Notes under the pieces: generated by a model | Databases searched by the model: none | Told to the model about the DNA's origin: nothing | Seen by the model: the letters and a program-made list of their open reading frames with translations, nothing else | Assembly: GCF_037042905.1 (NCBI RefSeq) | Contig: NC_087251.1 | Location: 29,886,001 to 29,950,000 of the forward strand | DNA length: 64,000 nt | Direction of reading: 5' to 3' | DNA from: Lytechinus pictus | Taxonomy: Eukaryota | Shown: positions 52,379 through 64,000 of the stretch, in pieces | Layout: each line of letters starts with the position of its first letter | Numbering within the stretch: position 1 is the stretch's first letter | Translations under genes and position numbers: made by a program

Positions 52379-53844
52379 AGGAGGGGGGGTCTGCCCCCAC
52401 CTCAAATTTAGGGGAGGGGGGGGGGGGGGAGGACCAAGTGGCTTCTTACCTTGTTGTGATTGATGACTTTGAAGTCAATTAGGACTTAGGTTTGAAAAAC
52501 TGTTAGTTGTGTGTTTCTCATAGAACGCTAGACCAAAAGCTTCAGTCTCTGTATTTTGGTTGTTCAGCTGAACCGCGTTGGCTCCACTCACCAATACATA
52601 GACTGAAGAGTTGTTGGCCCGTACATTAAGACAACGTATCAGCTAACCCAGGGACGTAACCCAAGGAGCTCCGGCCCACTTTTCGGGCCGGAGCTCCCCG
52701 AGTTCCGTATCAGCATGCAGCAGTAACGTTAGATCTAACATTCGGCGGAAACCCGATTTTCGGATCGTTTTTGGTACATCAAATGTCACATTATGAAAAA
52801 ATAATTACATCCAAACTTACGAGAAAATATATAAAATTAAGAAACATCGTACCTTAGACCGCAGTTACCGCTAATTCCTTTCAAATGATGATAAAAACTT
52901 AGTCATCCTCGATTCCTTCGTTGGTCATCGTAAGTTGCCATCTTGGATGACGTCATCATCTTTACAGTCGTATTTACCAGTCGCTATTATACCGCGATTC
53001 GTGCCGCTGATTTGTGCTTGTCTATGTGCGTGCGTTCGGAACTTGTCGCTCGCATTGGTTGGCCAGGATATCGATAATTCTAATCAGAAAGCCTTGATAA
53101 AAGCATAACTCAATGAACGTAGTAGGCAGTGCGCGCGTTTATAAATTATAGTAGAGAAACTCCCGTTGGTTTACCGTTGGCCACACACACGCTGCATGCA
53201 CGATACATGTATACACAATACACCCATATACATGCACAATACACAATACACGCATATATACACATGCACAGCAAAGCAATACACAATACACAATACACAT
53301 GTATTGTAGTTGTTTTTTTCCGTAACCTTTTTATTGTTGCCGTAACACCGTAATTGGAGGAATAAAATCGGAACAAATACGGCGAATCCGTAACGGTTGG
53401 CATCTCTGCGTACGTCACTCGAGTTAAAGTTCATGTCATTGCGTTATATAGCGTGGGAATTGTAAGAAAGTGATCCTTCAAAATTTTTACCTTCCAACAA
53501 TTAACATTTTTTAAGCCTTTGTATGCATTTAGAGTACAAAAGCTTACAAATTGGACAAATTAAATGTTTGCCCCAAAATTATTGTGGGAAGGGTGGATTT
53601 TCTAGGGAAATCCATCTTAGTGTACAAAGTTCTACAGGCAACAGAGACTTGTCTAGGCTCCGTGAATGAAAATACAATGAAAAAATATCACAGAGTCCTC
53701 GAAGTACAGTCAGGACCATTAACAGATTATAAGGTGCCCCGAGTTTGTGCACACCCAAATCTGCGTGATTCTGATAATAGAGATTCCCAATGATCCCCCC
53801 CCCCCCCAAAAAAAGGCTTGACATCTGAAATAGCCTTCTAACTT

Positions 53845-54030
53845 ACCTACTGCCCGATGCCTCCTATCATGTAGGGCAGCAACGAAGGATCTCCACTCCT
53901 GGCATCCAGCGATTCTGGGCCTTCTTCTGGAAACTCCCCCAGGCCAGGTCATATTCACTGACTTCATCTCCTCCTCAACTCCTCATGTGTGACACCGAGA
54001 CAGGTGGTTTTGTGTCTCCCTCTCTTTCTC
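53845..54030 (-). pseudogene. RTE-type LINE ORF2 C-terminal fragment
   Basis: EMKSVNMTW...EWRSFVAALHDRRH resembles RTE C-termini. Confidence 0.6.
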
Positions 54031-54129
54031 CTGAAATGTCAAACAGATCTATTCATTAAAAATCTTACTCAAAATGGTGCTTTTGGTAGAAAAATAATGA
54101 ATATAGGGCATTTCATGTGACGGCCTTAA

Positions 54130-54911
54130 CCCTTATTAAACTGGGGGGGGGGGGGTCAATTTGACCCCCCACCCCTCAACAAATTTCATCACTACGCTGT
54201 CGCGCAAAAAATTTTGATCGCGCCGCTCACTGACTTTTTACTTTCAAGTCTCGCGCAAATTTTGAGACCAAATTTGTGACGCCCGGGTACGCGGTTACGA
54301 CATTACGCAACATTATGTAAGTGCATGTCAGACCCAAAATTGCTCATAAACATGATTTCATGTACAAATCCAATGCAAATTGTGTATTTAGCCAAAATTC
54401 ATAAATTTATCATTATTTCTACTTTTAGTGATTAAACTTAATTAATTTTGCCTTGTTTATGATTAGAATTAAGTCTAGAACGATTTCCATCGAAAATACA
54501 ATAAAAAACAAAATGTAAAAAAACAAAGAAATACATGATTTAAAAAAAAATAAAATAGGCCTACATAAGAAATCGGTCTCGGTACCACATTTTTTTTCAT
54601 TCACAATTGTTAGGAATGCTATAGAGAATATTTTCACCCAAAAAATAGCATTCTAGCTTTATTTAGTGAATCAGAGCAAAAAGTATGATTTCATGAATAA
54701 ATTAGCATAATTAATTCATATAAAATAAAAAAATATGAATTCAGTGAAATTTACCAATGCAACTACGTAGATTACGTCATTCTCTACCATCATGCAAATT
54801 TTCGTTGTGATCGTGCAATCCACGGCCGAGATCTTATAAGGGGGGGGGGGGCAATAATACCCCCCTCCCCCCGGGAATGACAAGAATCAAAATACCCCGG
54901 TAGATTTAGGA
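54130..54911. mobile_element. piggyBac-like MITE (TTAA|CCCT ends)
   Basis: ttaacccttat ... atttaggattaa; the right end matches the short element at ~3276-3374; another agggttaa end at ~63153. Confidence 0.55.
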
Positions 54912-56283
54912 TTAAAAAAATTGTCAGTACGGTATATCATCGAGGATCTAGTACATAGTATGGTTGGAACTACCCCTTATCGACCACCTAATCTTCTAAG
55001 CATTGTATCTGCGAAAATATTCATCAATTTTACCCAGTTTTCGTCTCATTTGTGCAGAAAATTGAGCAGATCAGATTCCCATGTTTCGCTCGGCGACTCC
55101 GATTCAATCCGCGTATATATCGACGAACAACGAATACGACGATTTTACATTTGCTCATTTGCACCCGTCTTTTGAAACCGACCACCCGCGGTACATTAAG
55201 TTTACGACCGATTCTTGTCGCGGTGGCGAAATATTTTTACTCTTCCAAATCAGTTCTATGATGTCAACATGCTAAATGATCGTCTCACTACTTCCACTAC
55301 GAGCTCCGGCACATGATTCGACGATTGACGACGGATATTAGTTCTAGAGCCGTTTTCTATCGGATTTCTTGGTTTTTCAGCGGGGTTTGGGTCTGGTCAA
55401 TACAATTTTGATTAATTCTACTAAATTTTTACTTCTTGTTGCTCCTTTTTTTTCTCGTAGTCGTAAAATCGATTCTTACCGTTTCTATGGACACTGCGCC
55501 TACTCTCCCGCGCGTATCGTTTGTAATACGCAATAATTTTAACGCGCGCAAGGTGGTCGGTTTCAAAAGAGGTGGTCGATATGTGGTAGTCTCACCATAC
55601 ATGTAGATCTGGTACAGTTACATAAACTGAACTTTGTGAAATCTTGAAATCTCCACTGAAAAATGTTCAAACTGAACATCACCAACACAGATAAGAGCAC
55701 GTGGGACAGTTATTATTGCTCTGATTAATGTCGGCCCGACGCTTGCCTTGGCTCGAGTTGACCCGAATCCTGTGCTTTTTTTGCTTATTTCGCAGCAATT
55801 ACACAATTTCTTCCAGAATCCTTTTTGGCACATACGGTATATTATTTATAAATATAGACAGACACTTTGGTGGTCATTTCATTGGATTCTGTACGAACTC
55901 ATTTTGATATCGTTACCACAACTGGCATTTACCTTAAAGTGTGCACTGTGTCTGTGCAGACTTGGGCCCTGAGCCCACCAGCGCAGCCTGTCCTATTCAG
56001 CATGCCGGCGCTCGGGGCAGCCACCCCGGCCGGGCAGTGTCAGTGTACGAAATCTAAAGCCAAAGGCAAGCCGCGCTCCGAAAAGAAAATCTTAGAAGAT
56101 GGTTATCTAACTTACTGTTTGGTCTCCTGCGAATGCCTTCGAAGTCGTTATCCAAATCTGAACCGTGTTCTTAAAGTAGTAGAACTATTATTAACGGCCA
56201 TCTTCGTCGCACTTAATTCTCGATCCAAAATTAGGCTGCAACATTTAACGGCGAAAAACGAGCGCATTCCTTTTTCAAATTAA

Positions 56284-57218
56284 GGACGTTCCACAGTTAT
56301 GTTTTTGCGCATTATGATCTGCGCATAGTTTACACTCTGCGCGCTGACGTCACAATGGATGAACAGGTATTAATTAGCTGCGGGTATGAGCTGATTTTTC
56401 TCATCTTCTGCACTTTAACTGCAGATCCGATGCGTTATTTCATGAAGCTAAAAAATTGAATTATTCCATGGACCATTCAAACAAATCTTCTCTACAATTT
56501 CAAAATACTTTACTCTGCAGTGCTGCCAAGAATCACGAATATAAGCCCGAGTTTGAATATATGGTAGAGTGGTTTTGATTTTTTCTTCACATAGATACTA
56601 AGCATTCGGCCCATTTTTGGTGTTTTAAAAAGCACATTTGCTCTAATAAAAATGCTGATAGTTTAAAAACAAGCACATGAACCCCTATTTTTTTATGTTT
56701 CTACCTCTTAGGTATACCTTCCTCTACAACTCTGCAAATTTTGGTGAAAATGACATGGATTTTGAATAAAGTGCAGCATTTATTGTACGTTTGTAGTTTG
56801 TTACTGAAATTTTACATTTTTCAGATTGGGATTTTGTTATCTTTTACGCCATTTGTAAGAACTGACAGTGCTGTTAAACTTAAAATTGCAAACAAATAGC
56901 ACTATTAATAGATTCTCCATTCTAACGATACAATTATTAACTCTCTTGCGAAATTTGATGACTTTTTCATGTATTTTGAATGAGTAATGGAGGTTTAAAC
57001 TCATTGTAGTAATCTTGGGCGGTCTAAAAATGCCAAATTCTTTTGAATGCGCAATTCTTAAGAACATCAATTTGGGTGAACTTTGAAGCTCTATAGCAAA
57101 AAATCAAGCACATGGACCTATGTTAATTTTTGCATATTTCGAATATTAAGGTTCTAAAGTATCTATGTGCAAAGTTTGGTGAAAATGACATGGATTTCAC
57201 TTTAACTGTGGAACGTCC
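56284..57218. mobile_element. TTAA-flanked Kolobok-like element
   Basis: Perfect TIR ggacgttccacagtta / taactgtggaacgtcc, with TTAA on both sides. Confidence 0.85.
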
Positions 57219-58366
57219 TTAAATGGTTGCGACTAACTGCGCCAGTTGCATGCAGTGCAGCGCGCATGCGCAGGCTCGACGCCCGGCGGCGAATTAATTC
57301 TGCGGATCATGAATTTTTTATAGGGGGTGAGCCCGGGGGGCGTGCATGGGGGGGGGGGGGTGAGCTAACTAGATAGGGGGTTTGCATGACACCGGGGCAT
57401 GACACCACTTGCGAAAAAAAAGTTTTAAAATAGATACAAACTTCTTTGACATATAAAGCTTCCTCTTGTTTGGTTTGGTTGGCAACCAGTTAAGAAATGA
57501 TTATTTTTGCCACTGCTTTTGAAACTTTTTTTCTTTGAAGAATTATATACTTTACCTAAAATAAAAAAAATTCTGTACTATTTTTTTTTAGTTTTACTTT
57601 TCCTTTTATAAGTAGAAATAGCCTTGCTAACATGGCAAGGTTGAAAAAATGGCAAAATAGTATGTGGCTTTGAAATTAAACTTGTAAATTTCCTCGTCGT
57701 TGATTGGTAAAATTTGATGTCATAATCACGTCGTAATGTGGTCATATGAAAACGCAAATTTCTTTGTCGTTGTTTGGGAAATAAATGATGTCATAATCAC
57801 GTCATAATGTGGTCATATAAAAATGCAAATTCATTTGTTGCAGATTGGTCGATAAATGACGTCGTAATCACGTAATAATCTGGTCATATAAGAAAGCAAA
57901 TTTACTTGTCGTAAATTGGTCAGTAAATGACGTCGAAATCACGTCATAATCTGGTCAAATAAAAATGCAAATGAAAGTTGCCATTCTAAGTCGTCAAAAT
58001 GACGTCGTAAGAACGTCATAAATACGACGACATGACGAGTATTACCACTTTACGATCAGTTAATGACGTCATTACGACCGTGTCTGCTATCAGGGTCAAT
58101 GCGCATCACATAAAATATGCGCAGATAGAATCCAGTGCTTTGTGTTTTTGCCCTGTAAGCCGATTCTGCACCGTGAGCTGAAACAGCATGTAAACGCATG
58201 CAAGATAACCCGAGTGTATGAAAATATGAATTAGATATGATTTCATGTAATAATATATAAGAAAAATGAAAGTGGAGACATTAATTCATCAGCCCAATGA
58301 ATATTCATGATGGCATGCATATAACAGTTTGGTCGATCACAGAAATGCATTGTTATATCTTTATAG

Positions 58367-59770
58367 AAAACAAGAAGAGAGGGTGATTACAGTATCCAAG
58401 GATTCAAGTACCATGTCTGAGCCTAAGACACTAGCTAGCACCGAAGATGCTGTCCAAGACAACTTCAAAGGAAATTCAAGTAACATGTCTCAGCCTAAGA
58501 CACTAGCTAGCACTGAGGATGCTGTCCAAGACAACTTCAAAGGAGATTCAAGTAACATGTCTGAGCCTAAGACACTAGCTAGCACTGAGGATGCTGTCCA
58601 AGACAACTTCAAAGGAGATTCAAGTACTGTGTCTGAGCCTAAGACACTAGCTAGCACCGAGGATGCTGTCCAAGACAACTTCAAAGGAGATTCAAGTAAC
58701 ATGTCTGAGCCTAAGACACTAGCTAGCACCGAGGATGCTGTCCAAGACAACTTCAAAGGAGATTCAAGTAACATGTCTGAGCCTAAGACACTAGCTAGCA
58801 CCGAAGATGCTGTCCAAGACAACTTCAAAGGAGATTCAAGTAACATGTCTGAGCCTAAGACACTAGCTAGTACCGAGGATGCTGTCCAAGACAATTTCAA
58901 AGGAGATTCAAGTAACATGTCTGAGCCTAAGACACTAGCTAGCACCGAAGATGCTGTCCAAGACAACTTCAAAGGAAATTCAAGTAACATGTCTCAGCCT
59001 AAGACACTAGCTAGCACTGAGGATGCTGTCCAAGACAACTTCAAAGGAGATTCAAGTAACATGTCTGAGCCTAAGACACTAGCTAGCACTGAGGATGCTG
59101 TCCAAGACAACTTCAAAGGAGATTCAAGTACTGTGTCTGAGCCTAAGACACTAGCTAGCACCGAGGATGCTGTCCAAGACAACTTCAAAGGAGATTCAAG
59201 TAACATGTCTGAGCCTAAGACACTAGCTAGCACCGAGGATGCTGTCCAAGACAACTTCAAAGGAGATTCAAGTAACATGTCTGAGCCTAAGACACTAGCT
59301 AGCACCGAGGATGCTGTCCAAGACAATTTCAAAGGAGATTCAAGTAACATGTCTGAGCCTAAGACACTAGCTAGCACCAAGGATGCTGTCCAAGACAACT
59401 TCAAAGGAGATTCAAGTAACATGTCTGAGCCTAAGACACTAGCTAGCACCGAGGATGCTGTCAAAGACAACTTCAAAGGAGATTCAAGTAACATGTCTGA
59501 GCCTAAGACACTAGCTAGCACCGAGGATGCTGTCCAAGACAACTTCAAAGGAGATTCAAGTAACATGTCTGAGCCTAAGACACTAGCTAGCACCGAGGAT
59601 GCACTCCAAGACAATTTCAAAGGAGATTCAAGTACCGTGTCTCAGCCTCAGACACTAGCTAGCACTGATGATGCACTTCAAGACAATCTCAAAGGAGATT
59701 CAAGTACCTTGTCTCAACCTGGGACACTAGCTAGCACTGAGGATGCTGATCATGATAGTGCTTTGCAGAT
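58367..59770 (+). CDS. Plus-strand unknown gene, 1404-bp exon with ~19 copies of a 24-aa repeat (DSSNMSEPKTLASTEDAVQDNFKG)
   Basis: ctttatag acceptor, AT|gtaaga donor, phase 2-2, fully open, with non-repeat coding flanks on both sides. Confidence 0.8.
58401..59750 (+). repeat. 72-bp coding minisatellite, 18 full units plus 1 partial
   Basis: Counted from the 481-aa ORF: 24 + 18x24 + 25 residues. Confidence 0.95.
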
Positions 59771-60144
59771 GTAAGAGCAACACCTTTTTTTAACTTTCTT
59801 AGAATGTCAGTTTTCAATATCTTTTCTTTATTTCAATGCTTTATTCAATCTCTTTGATTTATATCTCAATGGGATTTATTGGCAATTATTGCTACTGTAT
59901 CACTGGAGATACTGTAAGCTTTTCAAAAGGTCAGATTTGAACTAATTTTCTTTTGGAGAAAAAAAGCTTAGTAAAACAAGTTTCATGAGTATCTGAAGTA
60001 CAATGTACAACAGTGTGAAGGATCACTCCCGACTTAATTCATTTTTCTTCTGTCACCCAAGAAATAAGAAAGTTAATGAATTTCAAGAAACCGTGTAGAA
60101 CTGAAATCGCCTAGCAAATTCAATTAACTACATGTAGAAGACCT

Positions 60145-60937
60145 GGGCTGGTATTCAATTTAATACTCAAGCCAGAATTTTAAGTATTGTACTCAGTATT
60201 TTGCTTGAGTAAAATACTTATCCATCTTTGGTATTCAATTGCATTTTTTGGCTTTTTTTGCTTAAATCTAAGTCAGCCACCTACCAGACTTAAGTCTAGC
60301 TTGCGTGCAATTTACAAACATGCTACACACAGTCATACCTTCTGTGCACAGATAGATTCATACATTGCACATTATTTGGCGTAAACTTTATGATGTCACA
60401 ATGGTTATTAATAAGTATTTTGCTTAAATTTGGCTTGATAAAAAAAAATACTTAGATATGATCTCAATACAAGTTTATGCATTTTTCTTAGCCAAGTAAA
60501 ATACTTACAAAATCAATACTTTCAAATGAATACTGGCCCTGGGATGGTATTCAATTTGATACTTAAGGACTTAAAAATATTTTACCTAGTATTTGCTAGG
60601 TTAAAATCTTTGGATTTAGTTGTATTTTCGGCCATTGGTACAGTATTTTGCCTAAATCAAGTTAGCTGTGCCTGCCTACCTGGCTCAAGTCTGGCTTGCG
60701 TGCAGTTTACAAACATGCAAAGCTATACCGACTACGCACAGATGGATTCATACATTGCGCATTATTGGGCTTAAACTTTACAATGTTACAACAGTTATTA
60801 GTAAGTAATTTGCTTGAATTAGGCTTGATAAAGTAAAGTGTTTAGATGAGATGTGAATATGAGTTCACGCATTCGGCTTAGCCAAGTAAAATGCTGAGTA
60901 AAATACTTTTTCAATCATTTTAATTGAATACCAGCCC
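60145..60937. mobile_element. Harbinger-like MITE with an internal tandem duplication (~395 bp)
   Basis: gggctggtattcaatt / aattgaataccagccc; the two halves are homologous (from 60145 and 60541). Confidence 0.7.
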
Positions 60938-61131
60938 AGCTCTTTGCTGAAAGATGCTTGAACCAACAATGCAAACAAAAATGAAAAATTTGTAGGCAAA
61001 GTACTTATGATCCACCGTTATGCTTTTAAGAACAATATAAATAGTTGGTTCAAACTTTGCAATTATTATTTTTGATCAATTACAAAAGTTTACTTATGGT
61101 GCCGCCTTTTTCTTATTCTATTTTTTTTCAG

Positions 61132-61236
61132 GCCTGACCAATTCCTTCAAGTCGGTCAACCCCTGATTGGCGGTGATAGTGGTTCTGAATTGAGTAGCTT
61201 CCATAGTCTGCGTTCTTCAGAGAGTCCTGATAGACG
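61132..61236 (+). CDS. Plus-strand unknown gene, exon (PDQFLQVGQPLIGGDSGSELSSFHSLRSSESPDR)
   Basis: ttttttttcag acceptor, CG|gtttgt donor, 105 bp, phase 2-2; third copy of the LSxxxSLxS motif. Confidence 0.7.
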
Positions 61237-61382
61237 GTTTGTAGCTCATTTCTCTTCCAACATTTGTAAACTGGGCATAAATGGTGGTTCATGGGGATAC
61301 CAATTTGCATTAAAGTATTTTTATGCAAGTACTCTGACTAAATGAAAAAAGATGTATTTAAGATTTTGCCATTCCTTTCTGC

Positions 61383-62401
61383 CAGTGGCGTACCGTGGGT
61401 CACGGCATTGGGGGGGCACCAGCAACATTTTTTAGTCACTTAGGGAGCGCACGAAGCGCGCTAAGTTGCCAAGTATACTGACTCAATAGAGACACTTTAA
61501 GGACATGCAGTGTCATTAAATGGATATGCATCTCACTGATTAAATAATGCGAGCACGAAGCGCGAGCTGAAAATTTTTGATATTCAGACCTAAAGAGGGA
61601 CATTATAAGCAAATTTTTTATAATCATGATACGTACCTGTCTCGCTAATCAAACAATGCGAGCGCGAAGCGCAAGCTGAAATTTTTGTATATATTGACCC
61701 CAAACGGGGACATTTTAAGGACTATATTTTAGGAATCCATTAAGAGTATACATATCTCAGCATAGTCATCTAATGCTAGTGCAATCCTATGCTGATTTTG
61801 TTAGAATTACATCTAAACACATTAAGCATTTTTTGTAGTCATTGTAATCATGATTATCATATGCATCTCACTATGCAAGAGCGAAGCGCGAGCTGAAAAT
61901 TTTAGGAAATTCAGACCTGAAGAGGGGCATTCTAAGGCTTGTTTGCAGGAATTCACTAAGACCGTACGTATTTCACTAATCAAATGCTGCAAGCGCGAAG
62001 TGCAAGCTGAAAATTGTTGATATTGAGATCAGAAAAATTGACATTTTAAGGACTGGGACTGATTTTAGGAATTCATGAAGAGCAGACATCTCACCAATCA
62101 ACTAATGCAAATGTTAGCACGGACAGGAAATGTTTTATTTTAAGACCTTAAAATAGGGCAATCACTTAAAGTCGTTAAACAGTTTATGCGAGCACCAGGA
62201 ACAATGAAGACATAGGCCCTGAGCAAATAATGTTTCATAAAGTTATGAAAAAATGATTCTTATGTATAAATATAACATAATATAATATAACAATATAATG
62301 AACAATAATTTCTTCTTTCCCCACTATGTTTCTCTTCCTTTCTCCCTCTTTTTCTCCTTTCCCCCCCTTTTTTTTTACCAGCCGATTGGCGGGCACGTGC
62401 C
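61383..62401. mobile_element. Second copy of the hAT-like family at 18382-19816, lacking the right TIR
   Basis: Starts cagtggcgtaccgtgggtcacggcattgggggg, collinear with internal deletions, stops at gcacgtgcc. Confidence 0.85.
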
Positions 62402-63850
62402 TCATTTTCTCATAAAATTTGGCTCGCACATTGGTTTTGAGGTTAAGATGTGCAAAACATAACTTTTTGGTGTGTGTCAAAAATGATGCTGCCATGGTAT
62501 TAAACCACTTATTATGGCAAAAAAAAAACCTACGAAAACTCATTTCGGATAAAACTAGTTCCCCAGTTTTTGGCCAGTGCTCATCAAAGTTGGCACCAAT
62601 ATTGGTCTTCAGGTAAAAGCATGTAATTCCTTTTTCCAAATGTGTTTGAAATTGTGTTGTCTTGGTAACACCAAGTTATTGCGAAAAACTCAGGAAACTA
62701 TTTCCCCTGGGTTTTTTTTAAACATTGCTCTTAAAATTTGGCAAAAATATTCATCTTTGGTAAAGAAATGCAAAATTCATTTTCCAATTATTAGAAACTA
62801 TGTTGTCATGGTAACGGCATATGGCGGAGGTATTTCACCTTCAGTGATAATTTTATTTTAAATTGAGTTCAATTGGTAAGTAGAAATTATGATTCATTTA
62901 TGAATTTCAGCTAAAATTACAATTTGCATTGGATTCATGAATTCACATTTTTGAGCAATTTTGGATCCAACCTACACATATGAAATGAAATGATGCTTAA
63001 TTTCAGAACCATGTACCGCTCAAATATGAAATCAATAGTTGCACGAGACTCAATAGAAAATGTCATGGAAGGACGCGGCACCAGCTTTTCGCATTTCAGA
63101 TTTATCATGAAAAATGTTGAGGGGTGGATTCCGCCCTGCCATTCAAGGGTTAAAAAATGTTGGTTTTGGTTGTTATAAGGTCTGTACTGATTTTCCAATA
63201 AAAGAAATAAAAATACCATGACGTCACAGAATTCAGGCCAGTGAGAAGCACAATAAAGCCTAATTTCAGGCTCATTTTAATTATTTGAGGGTTTTCTTAA
63301 GCAAATACTCAGCTGGCAAGTAGTGAAAATGAATAAAACTTGCAATTTTGTGCCTTGTAGTTTATTATTTATACCTCAGTCACGTTTGCTCTATGGCAAG
63401 TCGAAAACAGCCGCTTTAACATTTATTTATAACAGCTACATACCCTGTATACGTGGTTTGAATAAAGATGAATAAAACAGCTGTTTTCGACTCGCCGTTT
63501 GGCCGCCATAGAGCAAATGTGACTGAGGTATTATTGATTTGTGTATGATTTGTCAATTTCCCTTTTTTCCCCGTTGGTTTTGGTTATTAAAGTACACTCC
63601 ACTGACATTCAATGTCTGATTGGGAAAGTTGGGTTTGTGATGGTTTAGAACATGATGCTTGATTTCCTGTACAACGCTTATAGTGATTCTTGAGGCAAGG
63701 TACTTACAATGTAACATTACAGAACTTTATTTTTGAACCATTTTCCTAATTTGATTGTTTTGCTGTCACTTAAAAAAAATTAGGTTGGCGTCATTTCCTT
63801 TAAGAGCATTAAGAATATTTCTGTTTTTGTTAATCTCTTCCATGAAATAG

Positions 63851-63980
63851 GAATCGACAAGTTTATATCCATGCACCCCCAAGCTTACCAGCTATACTCA
63901 GGGTCATATGTGACTGGAGCTCAGGCTCATCAGATGCAAATAGGAACAAGAACCAGAGATGGCATTCTGTTTGATATGAG
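63851..63980 (+). CDS. Plus-strand unknown gene, last visible exon (apparent +1 frameshift; RHIM-like motif)
   Basis: aaatag acceptor, AG|gtagta donor, 130 bp. The phase-2 frame reads NRQVYIHAP... and stops at 63972; the second frame reads ...YSGSYVTGAQAHQMQIGTRTRDGILFDM up to the donor. Confidence 0.5.
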
Positions 63981-64000
63981 GTAGTAGAGGTAATAAACCT

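Larger units (their letters stand above)
47960..58095. mobile_element. 10.1-kb EnSpm/CACTA-like element, no intact transposase seen
   Basis: TIR ccctgatagcaga / tctgctatcaggg; 2-bp TSD tc; arrays of gacgtc-containing subterminal repeats at ~47985-48545 and ~57695-58080. Confidence 0.8.
47712..58200. mobile_element. Harbinger-like MITE split by a 10-kb insertion
   Basis: gtttacacgctgtatcggctcgcggtgcagaacc (47717) is inverted relative to gattctgcaccgtgagctgaaacagcatgtaaac (~58162-58195); related fragment at ~22603-22690. Confidence 0.6.

Noticed and set aside
58490..59620. Long antisense ORFs over the 72-bp repeat
   Set aside because: By-product of a stop-free 72-bp unit; broken at the Q-variant units and lacking splice context, whereas the plus frame has proper sites.

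Overview
Eukaryotic, AT-rich, intron- and transposon-dense animal DNA; the repeat content looks echinoderm/sea-urchin-like (inference, not verified). Most ORF-track entries are spurious. Two spliced genes can be read. (1) The 5' part of TDP1 on the minus strand: four coding exons (4018 down to 189) with an N-terminal PBZ zinc finger, running off the left edge at the first HKN motif. (2) An unidentified plus-strand gene (about 40.7 kb to the right edge, possibly starting near 12.1 kb) built from symmetric phase-2 exons. It has a 1404-bp exon of about 19 x 72-bp repeats, a Ser-rich motif recurring in three exons, and a last visible exon with a RHIM-like MQIG motif behind an apparent 1-bp frameshift. 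Between the genes lies a ~22.5-kb foldback/Mutator-like element (16974-39456, 8-10-bp TSD). Its inverted arms are tandem arrays of a 387-bp TIR-bounded module, and it carries nested hAT-, EnSpm-, AcademH- and Kolobok-like insertions. A second nest (a 10.1-kb EnSpm-like element inside a Harbinger-like MITE) fills the intron before the repeat exon. Superfamily names rest on terminal and TSD signatures only; I saw no intact transposase. No rRNA, tRNA or CRISPR was seen.
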